64,000 nucleotides of DNA from Polyangiaceae bacterium (GCA_965222375.1 CBDCTZ010000014.1:64001-128000), one strand, 5' to 3'; counted from the first letter of the stretch, positions 48,434 to 59,050 are shown. Numbers and translations are program-made. Notes: generated from the sequence alone by a model not told the origin.

Positions 48434-49807
48434 ATGGCGCAACTCGGGCGCTACGAGCTGATCAAACCCATCGCCCGCGGTGGCATGGCTACGGTTTGCC
48501 TGGCCCGAGTGAGCGGCGAAGGCGGCTTCGAACGCCTGGTCGCCATCAAGCTCATGCATCCTCATATCGCCGACGACAAAGAGTTCGTCGCGATGTTCTT
48601 GGACGAAGCGCGCATTGCTGCTCGGATCCGCCATCCCAACGTGGTTTCCACTTTGGATGTCGACCGCAGCTCCGATGGTTTGTTCCTGGTCATGGAATAC
48701 GTGGATGGCGAATCCCTGCACACCGTGTTGCGTCACGCCGCTCGCAACCGATTGTCTTTGCCGTTGGACGTGGCAGCGCGCATTGGCATCGACATGCTCG
48801 AGGGACTGCACGCCGCGCACGAGCTCAAAGATGAGCACGGTGCACCTTTGCAGCTCATTCACCGGGACGTGTCTCCCCAAAACGTGTTGATCGGTCGGGA
48901 TGGCGTGGGCCGCTTGACGGATTTCGGCGTGGCGTTGGCACGCTCGCGGCTCGCGACGACCCAGGGAGCCGGGCTAAAGGGCAAGGTCGCCTACCTTTCT
49001 CCGGAGCAGATCCGTGGGGAGAATCTGGACCGCCGGGCGGACATATTTGCCGCGTCGATCGTGCTTTGGGAGCTGCTCAGCGGGCGGCGACTGTTCCGTG
49101 GCAAGAGCGAGGCTGAGACTCTGGCTGCGATTTTGGCTGGGAACGTGACACCTTTGAACCAGCTGCATCCGGCCATTGGCGAGAATCTCTCGGCGGTCGT
49201 GTTGCGCGGCTTGTCGCAATCGCGGCAGGACCGATACGAGTCCGCTGTCGGCATGGCCGACGCGCTAGATTACGCGCTGCGAGGCATTTGTGGTGGGCCA
49301 GCCAATCCGCGTCGGGTCGCGACCTGGCTGGAATCTCTTCAAATTCCCGAGCACGATGTTGGCGCGCTGCCGTCCACCGGGTCCACGGTGGGCTCGATGA
49401 TGATTGGGGCGCGCCCTGGCGGGCCTCAGCTGGCCTTCGCGCAAGCGCCTGCCCGCAAGAGTCGCGTACCGGTCGTCCTCGGGGCTGTCGTTGCGTTGGG
49501 CGCAATTAGTGGTGGCGCCGTGCTCTATTCGCGAGCGCGGGCCACGCCGTCTCCGGCGATGGGCGCATCGACGCCTGCGGCGGCTCTGTTGGAGATCGCG
49601 AGGCCCGAGCCACCACCCCCTCCGTCCGCGAACGTGGCGCCACCGGAAGAAACCCCGACGCCACCCCCGAGCGCTTCTGCGCCACCAGTCTCCAGTGAGA
49701 TCACCAACGTTGCGAGACCGCCCCCCCGCGTGCAACCTGCGCCCACGAAAACACGCCCCCGTCCAAAGCCGGGCGGCGCGACCACATTTCGACCTGACGA
49801 CCTATGA
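48434..49807 (+). CDS. Membrane-anchored Ser/Thr protein kinase
   Basis: RGGMATV, AIK, HRDVSPQN, DFG and YLSPE motifs, then TM and Pro-rich tail. Confidence 0.93.
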   Translation: MAQLGRYELIKPIARGGMATVCLARVSGEGGFERLVAIKLMHPHIADDKEFVAMFLDEARIAARIRHPNVVSTLDVDRSSDGLFLVMEYVDGESLHTVLRHAARNRLSLPLDVAARIGIDMLEGLHAAHELKDEHGAPLQLIHRDVSPQNVLIGRDGVGRLTDFGVALARSRLATTQGAGLKGKVAYLSPEQIRGENLDRRADIFAASIVLWELLSGRRLFRGKSEAETLAAILAGNVTPLNQLHPAIGENLSAVVLRGLSQSRQDRYESAVGMADALDYALRGICGGPANPRRVATWLESLQIPEHDVGALPSTGSTVGSMMIGARPGGPQLAFAQAPARKSRVPVVLGAVVALGAISGGAVLYSRARATPSPAMGASTPAAALLEIARPEPPPPPSANVAPPEETPTPPPSASAPPVSSEITNVARPPPRVQPAPTKTRPRPKPGGATTFRPDDL

Positions 49808-50763
49808 TGACGCGAACTTTCGCACTTCTTTCTGCGCTACTTCTGGTGTCGGCGCCCGCCTTTGCTGAAGACGACGCCCGCAAGATGTTCAAACAGGCTC
49901 AGGAACACTTCGACGAGTCACGCTACCAGGAGGCCCTCGAACTCGCCCGCAAGGCCCACGAGGCGACGGGCAGCCCCAATGCTCGGCTATACGTCGCACG
50001 AAGTCTGAAAGGTCTCGGGCGCTTTGATGAGGCCTATGACGAGATGGCCGAGACCTTGGATGACGCTGCAGAAAAGGCCAAGGAACAGCCGAAGTACATC
50101 TCGACTCGAGATGCTGCTGCTGCGGAATTGGCCCTGCTCAAACGCAAGATAGGCAAAGTCATCGTTGCGATCGTCGAGCCGCCGCCCGGCGCCACAGTCA
50201 CGCTAAACGGCAACCCCTTGGCCGCCGAGCGGGTGGGCGAGCCCGTCGCCATCTTGCCTGGGGACTCCATCATCGTGGTCGAGGCGCCGGGGCACAAACG
50301 TTTTGAGAAGACGATTCAGCTCGGGGCCGGGGACACGACGACCGTCGCTGTTCGCTTGATTGCAGAAGAGCGCGAGCCGGAACCACCTCCCATACAGCCG
50401 CCGAAGCGTGACCCGGAGTCGAGTTCGGGTGGGATCAGCAAAACCTGGGGCTACGTCGGCTTGGGGGTCGGAGCCGCGGGCCTCGCGACGTTTACGATCT
50501 TCGCCTTGTCCGCGAAGAGCACGCACGACACCCTGGATGAGGAATGTGGCGGCCGCTGCACAGATCCCAAGTTCCAAGACGACGTCGACCGCGGCAAGCG
50601 TGCGCAAACGATTGCCAACATCGGGCTTGGGGTTGGCATCGTGGGAGTCGCGGCTGGTGCGACGGTGCTTCTTCTCGGCGGCTCGGACAAAGAGCCTGCG
50701 CCGCCTGTGGCTGCCTTTCAGTGGAACAACGGCCCATCGCTGCGCTACACGCGGCGGTTCTAG
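49804..50763 (+). CDS. TPR + PEGA domain protein
   Basis: Signal peptide, TPR helices, PPGATVTLNG...VEAPGH PEGA, hydrophobic C-terminal region; overlaps the kinase stop. Confidence 0.85.
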   Translation: MMTRTFALLSALLLVSAPAFAEDDARKMFKQAQEHFDESRYQEALELARKAHEATGSPNARLYVARSLKGLGRFDEAYDEMAETLDDAAEKAKEQPKYISTRDAAAAELALLKRKIGKVIVAIVEPPPGATVTLNGNPLAAERVGEPVAILPGDSIIVVEAPGHKRFEKTIQLGAGDTTTVAVRLIAEEREPEPPPIQPPKRDPESSSGGISKTWGYVGLGVGAAGLATFTIFALSAKSTHDTLDEECGGRCTDPKFQDDVDRGKRAQTIANIGLGVGIVGVAAGATVLLLGGSDKEPAPPVAAFQWNNGPSLRYTRRF

Positions 50764-52329
50764 GTGACGATGCCCCTGCGGCGTGTATTGCCTTTCTCAG
50801 CGGCGTGCCTCCTGGCGTGCGCACCTAGCGCAACCCAGCCGAGTCCCCCAGCTCCCGACACCGAGAGCCCTTCGGCTGTCGCCAGACAAGCGCCTGCAGA
50901 CGCGGGGCGGCCCGACGCACCCCGAGTCACGCCGGGCAAAGGGGATTTCGGGCGGGAGGGTCCGGTTGCGTTCCTCGCCGCGTCCGCGACCGGTGAGTGG
51001 GTCGGATTGTGTCAACCGCCACTCAGTGCTTCGGGCCGGCCCCTCGAGCAAGCCGAGTGGCTGCGCAGCGTCGAATTGGGCCAGGGGCGCGCGCTGTCCG
51101 TGAAGAGCATTGCGGCCACGGATCCGCGAGGTCGCTACTTGGTCGTCGAGCGGGGAGAGCGGTTCGAACTGGTCGACGCCCGGACAGGGAGCATCACACG
51201 GCTGAGCGAGGAGGCAGATGGCCGGCGCGTCCTGGCCAACTACGTCGGTCACCGAAGCTTCGCATTCGATTCGGCGGGTGAACGCCTAGCCTACCTGACT
51301 CGCAGCCGGACATCGGGCAGTCGCATCGTGATTCGGGACCTTGCTGCCGGAACGCAGATCACCGGTCCGAAGCTCGATTCTGAGGCCTTGAGGCTGCGCT
51401 TCATCCCGGGACCACCCGAGTCATTGATGCTGGACGGTGTACTGGCGGACACCAACGGCGATGGAAAGCGCACCCTGCCCAAGACCTTCATCGCGGCGCC
51501 GCGTGACTGTCGCAAGCGTGGAGGATTCGTGGCCACGGGAAAGGCTTCGGGCGATGCGCTGGTGGCTCACGTCGTGAACACGACAACCGCCCGTGCGAAG
51601 CCCGCACCTGGGCGGCTCATGGTCTTGGGCCAGGACCGGATATTCCGCGACGACAAGGGGCGTCTCCTTCTCTATCGCGGCCTGCAGCGCTTCGTGCTGG
51701 CCGACGCTGACTGTGGAGCCCGGGTACTAGCGGGCAACGTGAGCCGTCGGCTATTGCTCGTAGCCTGCTACAAGGTACCGGGGCGCTCGCCGTTGCGACT
51801 TGTCGGTCCCAATCTGAGTACAGAGCTCGAGGTTGACCTCGCTTTCGCGGGTGAGGATCACGTCTCCCAGCTCGACACGCAGCTGTTTGGCATCCATCCC
51901 GGGAAGAACGCGGCCCTCGTCGACTTCGAACAGGCGCGCCTGATCAACTTGGGCGAAAAACGCCTGGTTGTCTCCGTCCGAAAGCGATTCGCGCTCGTGC
52001 GTGAAAAGTCGAAGCTGCTCGGCATCTCGGTTCCCCGCGACGCCGCCAAACCGCCAAGACAATCCGTGATCTTGGATGACCTCGCGAGCGTGACGGAACT
52101 CGTGCTTGGTCAGCGGCATCTGGTCATTGGCGGCTGGGTCCTAGAGCGCGCGGGCGGTCGGGTGCTTGGGAAAGTCGCCGGGCATCCCCTCTCCGTCGAC
52201 GCTACCGGTCGAGTCCTGACGGCAAGGCCCAGCGAGGCCAATTCTGCAGTTACCGGCCCCCTGCGCTACGTTCGACCTGCCTTGAAGGGCGCCGCCATTG
52301 GCGCCCCGGCTCACGGCTTGGGCGGATAG
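50764..52329 (+). CDS. Hypothetical lipoprotein, probable beta-propeller
   Basis: LLAC lipobox; DPRGRYLVV and FDSAGERLAY blade-like motifs; DTNGDG Ca-binding-like motif. Confidence 0.7.
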   Translation: MTMPLRRVLPFSAACLLACAPSATQPSPPAPDTESPSAVARQAPADAGRPDAPRVTPGKGDFGREGPVAFLAASATGEWVGLCQPPLSASGRPLEQAEWLRSVELGQGRALSVKSIAATDPRGRYLVVERGERFELVDARTGSITRLSEEADGRRVLANYVGHRSFAFDSAGERLAYLTRSRTSGSRIVIRDLAAGTQITGPKLDSEALRLRFIPGPPESLMLDGVLADTNGDGKRTLPKTFIAAPRDCRKRGGFVATGKASGDALVAHVVNTTTARAKPAPGRLMVLGQDRIFRDDKGRLLLYRGLQRFVLADADCGARVLAGNVSRRLLLVACYKVPGRSPLRLVGPNLSTELEVDLAFAGEDHVSQLDTQLFGIHPGKNAALVDFEQARLINLGEKRLVVSVRKRFALVREKSKLLGISVPRDAAKPPRQSVILDDLASVTELVLGQRHLVIGGWVLERAGGRVLGKVAGHPLSVDATGRVLTARPSEANSAVTGPLRYVRPALKGAAIGAPAHGLGG

Positions 52330-54335
52330 ACGCCCTTCTGTCGTGCGGTTTCGCAGCCGCGGTCGACGCCGGTATCGCCCTCGTCGGTCTTTACGACCTT
52401 GAACTCGACCCGCCGATTCTTCTCCCAGGCAGCGGGCGTACTCGCCTTTGCCAGCGGGCAGTACTCGCCGTAACCCTGAGAAATCAGCCGGTTGGCCTTC
52501 AAGCCGCGGGACTTGAGGGCCTCCACGACGCTGCGGGCGCGGTCCCGAGTCAGCTTCAAGTTGTAGGCATCGCTCGAGCGTTCATCTGCGTGCCCGGCGA
52601 CTTCCACTATCTTGAACTCGGGATGTGCCTTGAGGGTCGCCGCCACTGCATCCAGGATCGGGTTGGACTCGGGTAGGATCTTGGCGCTGTTCGTTTCGAA
52701 CATGACCTTGTCGAGGATCACGATGTCGCTACCCTCGATGATGACCTTGCCCTTGTCAGGGCAGCCGTCCTTGTCCTCGAAACCATTGTAGGTCTCGGGG
52801 TCATTCGGGCACTTGTCCCTCTTGTCGGGGATCTGGTCCTTGTCGTTGTCCGGATCCGGGCAACCGTCTTCATCTTCGAAGCCATCCTTGTCCTCTGGAT
52901 CGAGGGGACAGGAGTCGTCCTTGTCCAGGATGCCGTCCTTGTCGTTGTCGAGGTCAGGGCAGCCGTCCGCATCCTGGAAACCATCGCGGTCCTCGGGATC
53001 ATCCGGGCACTTGTCGCGGGAGTCCAGGATGCCGTCGCCATCGCGGTCCCCATCCGAGCCTTCTGGGCACCCATCCTCGTCCTCGTCGCCGTCTCGATCT
53101 TCCGGCGTGTTGGGGCAACGGTCATCGACATCCAGGATGCCGTCGTTGTCGTTGTCGGGCTCGGGGCAACCATCCTCGTCTTTGAACCCGTCAAAGTCTT
53201 CGGGTTCATCCGGGCACTGGTCGACGTCGTCTTTGTAGCCGTCGCCGTCCCGATCGCCGATGCTCGGCTCGAAAACGAATCCGAGGACCAGGCGAACATC
53301 AGCGGCCTCGAAGCCCGTGGAAAACGCGCGACTTCCGCCGCCCATCATCAAGTAGCTGTTGCGCTCAACGAATAGCTTGATGCCTCCCAGAAACTCCATG
53401 GAAAGCTTCTGCTTGCTATCGGTATTGTCGGCAAGCAGGTACGTCCCGTAGGTCTCGGCGACCAAGTCCAGGGAGTCCAATGCTCGGAAGGAGATACCCG
53501 CTCCGAAGGTTCCAAGGTTGCCGTACTGGAACCTACCCTCGGCCAATTGATCACGGCCAGCGAGGTCTTGCTCGAAGCGTGGGTTCTTGCCGGTATGTCC
53601 ACGGTAGCCAGCGTTCAGCGCCAGCTTTAGTCGACCCCTCGATCCAAACCGATTCTCGAAGGCGATTCGCGGCCAGTACCAGCCGCCCGGGTCCGCGCCG
53701 AGATCTCTCGGTGCATCTGCCACGGGGATGCCGCCTTGCACGATGACCGCGAGGCCAGGTCCCTTCTCGATCCGGGTCAGACGGAGCTTGCCGTGGAGCG
53801 CCACAGTACTAATTTTCTGGGAATCGAGTTTTTCCGTGGAGTAAAGGGCGCCGTTCTGGCCAATCTCGTTGGCTTCATCCCCCGCCATGAGGATGACGGG
53901 CACGGAGAGGCCAACCGCTGCCACGTTTTCGATGCCGTAGTTGAAGCCAAACGTGCCCTGGAAAGAGTTCTTGACCAGCGCTTCGACGCCAGGGTCTTCG
54001 GAGCGGTTGGCTGTACCGGGTGGGCAGGCGGGGATGTCACCGCTCGGCGACGGAGTTTGGCACTCCTCGCGGTCCCCGTTGGTGCGCATGATGTTGCGCC
54101 CGTAGTCCAGGACCAGTCCGAAGCTGATGTCGTTGGCTCCCAAGATGTCGGAGCCGTTGACCGCCATGAAGCCCTTGGAATCCACTGCGGGGCGGAACAG
54201 ATGGGTGTCCATGCCTTCCGCGTTTTGTTCCGGGACCCGCTCCTTGACCTGCGCTGCGCCCACGGCGGGCACCAACAAAAGCGCTGCCAACGCTCCCCAC
54301 CCGGTGGCTCTTGCCGCACTCTGCCCTCGTCGCAT
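52311..54335 (-). CDS. Beta-barrel + thrombospondin type-3 repeats + OmpA-C protein (TraB-like architecture)
   Basis: N-terminal barrel, many DxDxDG..D..DxCP repeats, OmpA GHAD...NRRVEF. Confidence 0.88.
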   Translation of the reverse strand: MRRGQSAARATGWGALAALLLVPAVGAAQVKERVPEQNAEGMDTHLFRPAVDSKGFMAVNGSDILGANDISFGLVLDYGRNIMRTNGDREECQTPSPSGDIPACPPGTANRSEDPGVEALVKNSFQGTFGFNYGIENVAAVGLSVPVILMAGDEANEIGQNGALYSTEKLDSQKISTVALHGKLRLTRIEKGPGLAVIVQGGIPVADAPRDLGADPGGWYWPRIAFENRFGSRGRLKLALNAGYRGHTGKNPRFEQDLAGRDQLAEGRFQYGNLGTFGAGISFRALDSLDLVAETYGTYLLADNTDSKQKLSMEFLGGIKLFVERNSYLMMGGGSRAFSTGFEAADVRLVLGFVFEPSIGDRDGDGYKDDVDQCPDEPEDFDGFKDEDGCPEPDNDNDGILDVDDRCPNTPEDRDGDEDEDGCPEGSDGDRDGDGILDSRDKCPDDPEDRDGFQDADGCPDLDNDKDGILDKDDSCPLDPEDKDGFEDEDGCPDPDNDKDQIPDKRDKCPNDPETYNGFEDKDGCPDKGKVIIEGSDIVILDKVMFETNSAKILPESNPILDAVAATLKAHPEFKIVEVAGHADERSSDAYNLKLTRDRARSVVEALKSRGLKANRLISQGYGEYCPLAKASTPAAWEKNRRVEFKVVKTDEGDTGVDRGCETARQKGVYPPKP

Positions 54336-54482
54336 GATGGCCCGTTCCTCCGCCTGGCGTAAAAGTACTGGAAAACGCCTAGCTTTTTGCGGGCGAAGCT
54401 AACATTCGGCCAAATAACGTGTCAACGCAGCGCGGCATCGGGGTCCGCTGCATCAGATCGATCTGCTACCCTGCCGCTTGGT

Positions 54483-55085
54483 ATGCTGGCTTCGCGGTCG
54501 CGTACTGGGCTGGTCGCACTTGCGCTAGGCCTGTTGCTGGGACTCGCGGCCCCCGTGGCTGCGGCGGAGGATGCCACTGCGCCCGAGGCCGACAGTCGAA
54601 GGACGACCTTCATCGGGACGATCGGGGCGCTGGCACTTCTGGTAGGCGGAGTTGGTGCGTATTTGAGCTTGAAGCGGCGGCGGAAGGCGGCCGCGCCGGT
54701 GCCCGCCGAGAGCCCGCCTCCCGTGGTCCGGATCGTCCAACCGGCGCCTCGCGCCATGACGTGTCCGACCTGTCGAGGGGAGTACGCGGTGGGTGATCGC
54801 TTCTGTAAGCGTGATGGAAACCGCCTCGTGCCCACCGCAGAGATGGCCGATCCACGGGCGCCTGCTGGGAGCGTCTGCCCGGTCTGCGATCACGGCTACG
54901 ATCCAGGGGTTTCCGTGTGTCCCACGGATGGGGAGGAGCTGGTGCCCTGGGCCCTCCGAGAGCGCCTCTCGGAGCCTGGAAGTGAGCGAACCCCGGTCAA
55001 GATCTGCCCAACCTGCGGCAGCCGATACCCGAGTGGCTGCGGGTTCTGCCGATCCGACGGGACGGCTCTAGTACTGGTAAATTAG
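54483..55085 (+). CDS. Membrane protein with three zinc-ribbon repeats
   Basis: Signal + TM, then three CPxC...(F/V)CxxDG modules. Confidence 0.8.
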   Translation: MLASRSRTGLVALALGLLLGLAAPVAAAEDATAPEADSRRTTFIGTIGALALLVGGVGAYLSLKRRRKAAAPVPAESPPPVVRIVQPAPRAMTCPTCRGEYAVGDRFCKRDGNRLVPTAEMADPRAPAGSVCPVCDHGYDPGVSVCPTDGEELVPWALRERLSEPGSERTPVKICPTCGSRYPSGCGFCRSDGTALVLVN

Positions 55086-55156
55086 CTTCGGCCAGTCCCT
55101 GGGAAAATCTGAGGCGCTTCTGCTAGGATTCCGATTCTGCTGAGAGTGATACGGCT

Positions 55157-56773
55157 ATGAAAATCACGTGCCATTCCTGCGGCGCCAAGTACGCGATCGC
55201 GGACGAAAAGGTCCGAGGCCGCCGAGTCAAGGTCCGCTGCAAGGGCTGTAAGACTGCCATCGTGGTTGATGGCTACTCCATGGATTCCGACGATGGAGGA
55301 GGCAGTCTCGAGGATGACGACGCGACTCGTGTCCAGCAGTCGGCCGCCGACCTGGGTGGAGGCGCTCCGGCGGACCCGAACGCGTGGAGCGTGAATCTGA
55401 GCGACACGGATCAGCGCAACATGACCACGGCCGAGATCGTCGAGTCCTGGCACTCCGGTCAAATGCCCGAGGATGCTTTCGTTTGGAAGGAAGGCATGGA
55501 CGATTGGTTGCCCATCGGCGACGTGCCGGAGTTGGTCTCCGCGATCAGTGCCGGCGCGGGCGGAGCACCGTCCCAACCTCCTCAGCAGCCCTATCCATCG
55601 CAGCCTCCTCCTCCATCTCAGCCCCCAGCGGCTGATGCGGGCGGGTCTTTTGGCTCGGACTTCAACTTTGGTGGCGGTGGCGGCCAGCCCGAGGCGGCTC
55701 GCGTCGAGGCTTCACGAGCACAAGCCGGGGTCGATCTGTTCGGCGCCGCAGCGGCGGCGGGAAGTGAGGCCGAGGCTCGCCCCGCCGCGCCGGCTGCGTC
55801 GGCGTACGAAGACGACAAGATGACGGGGGCCAGGAACGAAAACAGCGTCCTGTTCTCACTGGACGCCCTCAAGGCGGGCATGACACCGAGCGCCCAGTCG
55901 GCCCCAGTCGCGCCGTCCGGGGGCGGTGATGACAAAGCCAGCATGGACGACCTCATGGGAGGAGTCGGCGCTCTCGGTGGCGGCAACGCGCTGTTCGGAA
56001 TGCAGCAGAACCAGTCGCTGCTCACGGCACCTGCTCCACCGCCGCCGCCTAAAGCGCGGCCCGTCGTACCCAGTGATCCGGGTCTCGGCGCGTCGGCAAG
56101 CATTGCCCCGTCAATGCCACCTCCCAAGAGCAACAAGCTGGTCTTCATATTGGGCGGAGCGGTTGCGTTCCTGGTGCTTATCGTCGTGATTCTAGGCGTT
56201 TCCTTCATGGGCGGAAGCGACGAAGAGGACAAGCTGGCCAAGGCAGAAGCAGCCGCCGCGGAAAAGAAGAAAGCCGAAGAGAAGGCGGCCGAAGAAAAGA
56301 AGAAGGCTGAAGAGGCTGCCGCGGCAGCCGCCGCCAAGAAGAAGGCTGAAGCGAACAAGCCTCCCGAGCTTCCCGACGGGGCCAGCGCGGATGAAAAGAA
56401 GCGGTTCCAGGCGGCTATGGCGAAGTTGACCGCGCTCGACAAGGAGCGCCCCACCGAACACAAGCCCACCCAGGCCCAAGCGGAGGATCCGAAGCCGGGC
56501 AGCGAGAAGTTCAACACGAAAGCTGCCATCTCGGCGCTGCGCGCCGCTTCCTCTGCTTCGGCAGCCTGCAAGAAGCCCGGGGGCCCCACGGGCAAGGGCA
56601 AGGCGATCGTGACGTTCGCGCCGACTGGACGCGTCACGGCAACCAAGGTCAAAGACGAGTTCGATGGCACGTCTGTTGGCGTCTGCGTAGCCACGGTTTT
56701 CCGCGCGCCGCGCATTCCACCCTTCGGCGGTGATGCGAAGACCGTCGCCAAGAGTTTCACGATTCCGGATTGA
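55157..56773 (+). CDS. Zinc-ribbon + GYF_2 + TM + TonB-C-like protein (GltJ/AgmX-like)
   Basis: CHSCGAKYAI...CKGC, VWKEGMDDW, RNENSVLFSL, TM, C-terminal VTFAPTGRV...GVCV...PPFGG. Confidence 0.85.
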   Translation: MKITCHSCGAKYAIADEKVRGRRVKVRCKGCKTAIVVDGYSMDSDDGGGSLEDDDATRVQQSAADLGGGAPADPNAWSVNLSDTDQRNMTTAEIVESWHSGQMPEDAFVWKEGMDDWLPIGDVPELVSAISAGAGGAPSQPPQQPYPSQPPPPSQPPAADAGGSFGSDFNFGGGGGQPEAARVEASRAQAGVDLFGAAAAAGSEAEARPAAPAASAYEDDKMTGARNENSVLFSLDALKAGMTPSAQSAPVAPSGGGDDKASMDDLMGGVGALGGGNALFGMQQNQSLLTAPAPPPPPKARPVVPSDPGLGASASIAPSMPPPKSNKLVFILGGAVAFLVLIVVILGVSFMGGSDEEDKLAKAEAAAAEKKKAEEKAAEEKKKAEEAAAAAAAKKKAEANKPPELPDGASADEKKRFQAAMAKLTALDKERPTEHKPTQAQAEDPKPGSEKFNTKAAISALRAASSASAACKKPGGPTGKGKAIVTFAPTGRVTATKVKDEFDGTSVGVCVATVFRAPRIPPFGGDAKTVAKSFTIPD

Positions 56774-58946
56774 CCGGAGCCGCCACAGCCTCCGCTGCTT
56801 CAGCGAGGCGCTCGGCTAGACGTGTATTGCGATCCTCGCGGCGCGAGTCGGAGAGGCAGAGCCTGAGTGCGCGCGGGTCTGCGACGAGCACGCATAGTCG
56901 CTTCGCGCGGGTCACGGCTGTGTACAACAGATTGCGGCTCAGCATGACGAAGTGAGACGTCAGCAAGGGCAACACTACTGCGGGGTATTCGCTGCCCTGG
57001 CTCTTGTGGATGCTGGTTGCGTAGGCAAGGGTCAGCGAGTCCAAATCCGTGTCGTCGTAGTCGACTTCGCGTCCGTCGAACTGGGCGCAAAGTCGCTTCT
57101 TTTCTCGATCCACAGCTATCACGCGGCCCAGGTCCCCGTTGTAGACCTCTCGGTCGTAGTCGTTCCTGATCTGCATGACCTTGTCGCCGACTCCGAGCTG
57201 CTGCCCGCGGGATTCGAATCCTGTGCTGCTGGGATTGAGCCGCTCTTGGAGTAGTGCGTTGAGGGCGATGGTCCCCACCGGGCCACGATGCATCGGGGTG
57301 AGTACTTGGACATCCGAAACTGGATCGAGTCCGAAGCGTCGCGGTATCCGTTCTTCCACGAGCTGGCGCACGACTTCGCGAGCTTCCTCGGCATCCTGTC
57401 GGGCAACGGTGAAGAAGTCCGCGTTTGGGTCTTCGGGGTCGGAACTCTCCGGGAGCTTTCCACACAGAATGCGGTGGGCATTGACGACGATGCGACTCTC
57501 CTGCGCCTGGCGGAAAATCTCGGTCAGGCGAACGGTGGTGAGCTTTTCGCTTTCGATCACGTCCCGCAGGAATGCTCCTGGACCGACCGACGGGAGCTGG
57601 TCGACGTCGCCAACGATGACGACGCGTGCCTCGTCAGGCACTGCGGACATCAACGACTGAGCAAGCAGCAGATCCACCATCGATGCCTCATCGACGATGA
57701 TCGCGTCCGCTTCGATCGGGTGCTCCGCATCGCGCTTGAAGCGACCCGTCTTTCCATCCACCTCCAGCAGGCGGTGAATGGTGGTAGCCGTTCGCTCCGT
57801 GGCGTCGCTTAACCGCTTCGCAGCCCGGCCTGTCGGCGCGGCGAGGCGCACCGCCAGAGAGTGGTTGTCCATCACCGCCACGATTGCTTGGACGATCGTG
57901 GTCTTGCCCACACCGGGCCCGCCGGTAACGACGACGATCTTGTTTTCGGCTGCCGCCCGTATGGCTCGGCGTTGCTCTGGGGCCAAGGTGACGCGCGTTT
58001 TCTCCTCGAACCGCTGCACTGCGGCTTCGAGGCCACCCAGCTTGCGCGCCGGGCTCTGAAGTAGGCGCGCCAGATGCGTCGCCACGTCTCGCTCCGCGTT
58101 GTCGAGCCGGCTCAAGCTGACGCGATTGTGCTCGACCGCCACCCGCTCTGCGGCCTGAAGCGCGTCGATGGCAGCTTCGACATGGCCATCTCCGATCCCC
58201 AGTAGTTCCACAGTGCTTGCCACCAATTCCTTGCGGAGAGAGAAGGTGTGGCCAGAATCGGCGAGCTGGCCGAGTACGTGGACGACGCCGGCCTGGGCTC
58301 TTTCCGGGTGATCCCCGCTGATCCCCAGGCCTCGTGCCAAGCGATCTGCGGTGAGGAACCCAATGCCGGCTACCTCCAGGGCCAGGCGATAAGGGTTTCG
58401 CTGAACCACACTCGCCGCCCGATCGCCGTAGCGTTTGAAGATCCGCGCGGCCAAGGCCGGGGATGCGCCATGGCTCTGCAGCAGTACCATGATGTTGGCG
58501 ACTGCCCGCTGCTCACTCCAGGTACGCTTCACGTCCTCGACGCGTTGTCGGCCAATGCCCTGAACTTCTCCGAGTCGACCTGGTGTCTCGTCCAGCACTT
58601 TCAGGGTATTCAGGCCGAAGTGGGAGACGATCCTCCCAGCGAGTGCGGGGCCGATGCCCGGAATCAAACCCGAGGCCAAGTACTTTTCGAGCCCCGACAA
58701 TGTGTTCGGCTCGATGGGTACGAGGGAGTCCGCCTTGAACTGCTGCCCATGCCGGGGGTCGACAACGAGTGCACCCGTCGCACGAATTCGAGTGCCGGGG
58801 CCGACGGGTTGAAAGGTGCCCACGATGGACAATCGAGGTGGCGCGGGAGAGAGTCCTTCGACTGAACCCACCCGAATGACGCGGAAGCTCGTCTCCTCGT
58901 TCTCGAAGGTCACACGCTCCACTTCGGCGGTCAGCGTGGTGGACAC
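56757..58946 (-). CDS. recD2: ATP-dependent RecD-like DNA helicase
   Basis: HhH motifs (PGIG, QGIG, GIGF), TGGPGVGKT, APTGRAA, DEASM, GDVDQLPSV, HKSQGSEY, LYTAVTR. Confidence 0.95.
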   Translation of the reverse strand: MSTTLTAEVERVTFENEETSFRVIRVGSVEGLSPAPPRLSIVGTFQPVGPGTRIRATGALVVDPRHGQQFKADSLVPIEPNTLSGLEKYLASGLIPGIGPALAGRIVSHFGLNTLKVLDETPGRLGEVQGIGRQRVEDVKRTWSEQRAVANIMVLLQSHGASPALAARIFKRYGDRAASVVQRNPYRLALEVAGIGFLTADRLARGLGISGDHPERAQAGVVHVLGQLADSGHTFSLRKELVASTVELLGIGDGHVEAAIDALQAAERVAVEHNRVSLSRLDNAERDVATHLARLLQSPARKLGGLEAAVQRFEEKTRVTLAPEQRRAIRAAAENKIVVVTGGPGVGKTTIVQAIVAVMDNHSLAVRLAAPTGRAAKRLSDATERTATTIHRLLEVDGKTGRFKRDAEHPIEADAIIVDEASMVDLLLAQSLMSAVPDEARVVIVGDVDQLPSVGPGAFLRDVIESEKLTTVRLTEIFRQAQESRIVVNAHRILCGKLPESSDPEDPNADFFTVARQDAEEAREVVRQLVEERIPRRFGLDPVSDVQVLTPMHRGPVGTIALNALLQERLNPSSTGFESRGQQLGVGDKVMQIRNDYDREVYNGDLGRVIAVDREKKRLCAQFDGREVDYDDTDLDSLTLAYATSIHKSQGSEYPAVVLPLLTSHFVMLSRNLLYTAVTRAKRLCVLVADPRALRLCLSDSRREDRNTRLAERLAEAAEAVAAPVNPES

Positions 58947-59050
58947 GGGGGGACCATAGCAGGCGAAAACACCAGTAGCAGAGGGACAAAGCCGGATCCC
59001 TCTGCCAGTTCGCTTGCTCCATGGCGCGCAGCCGAGGTAATCGACCGGAA

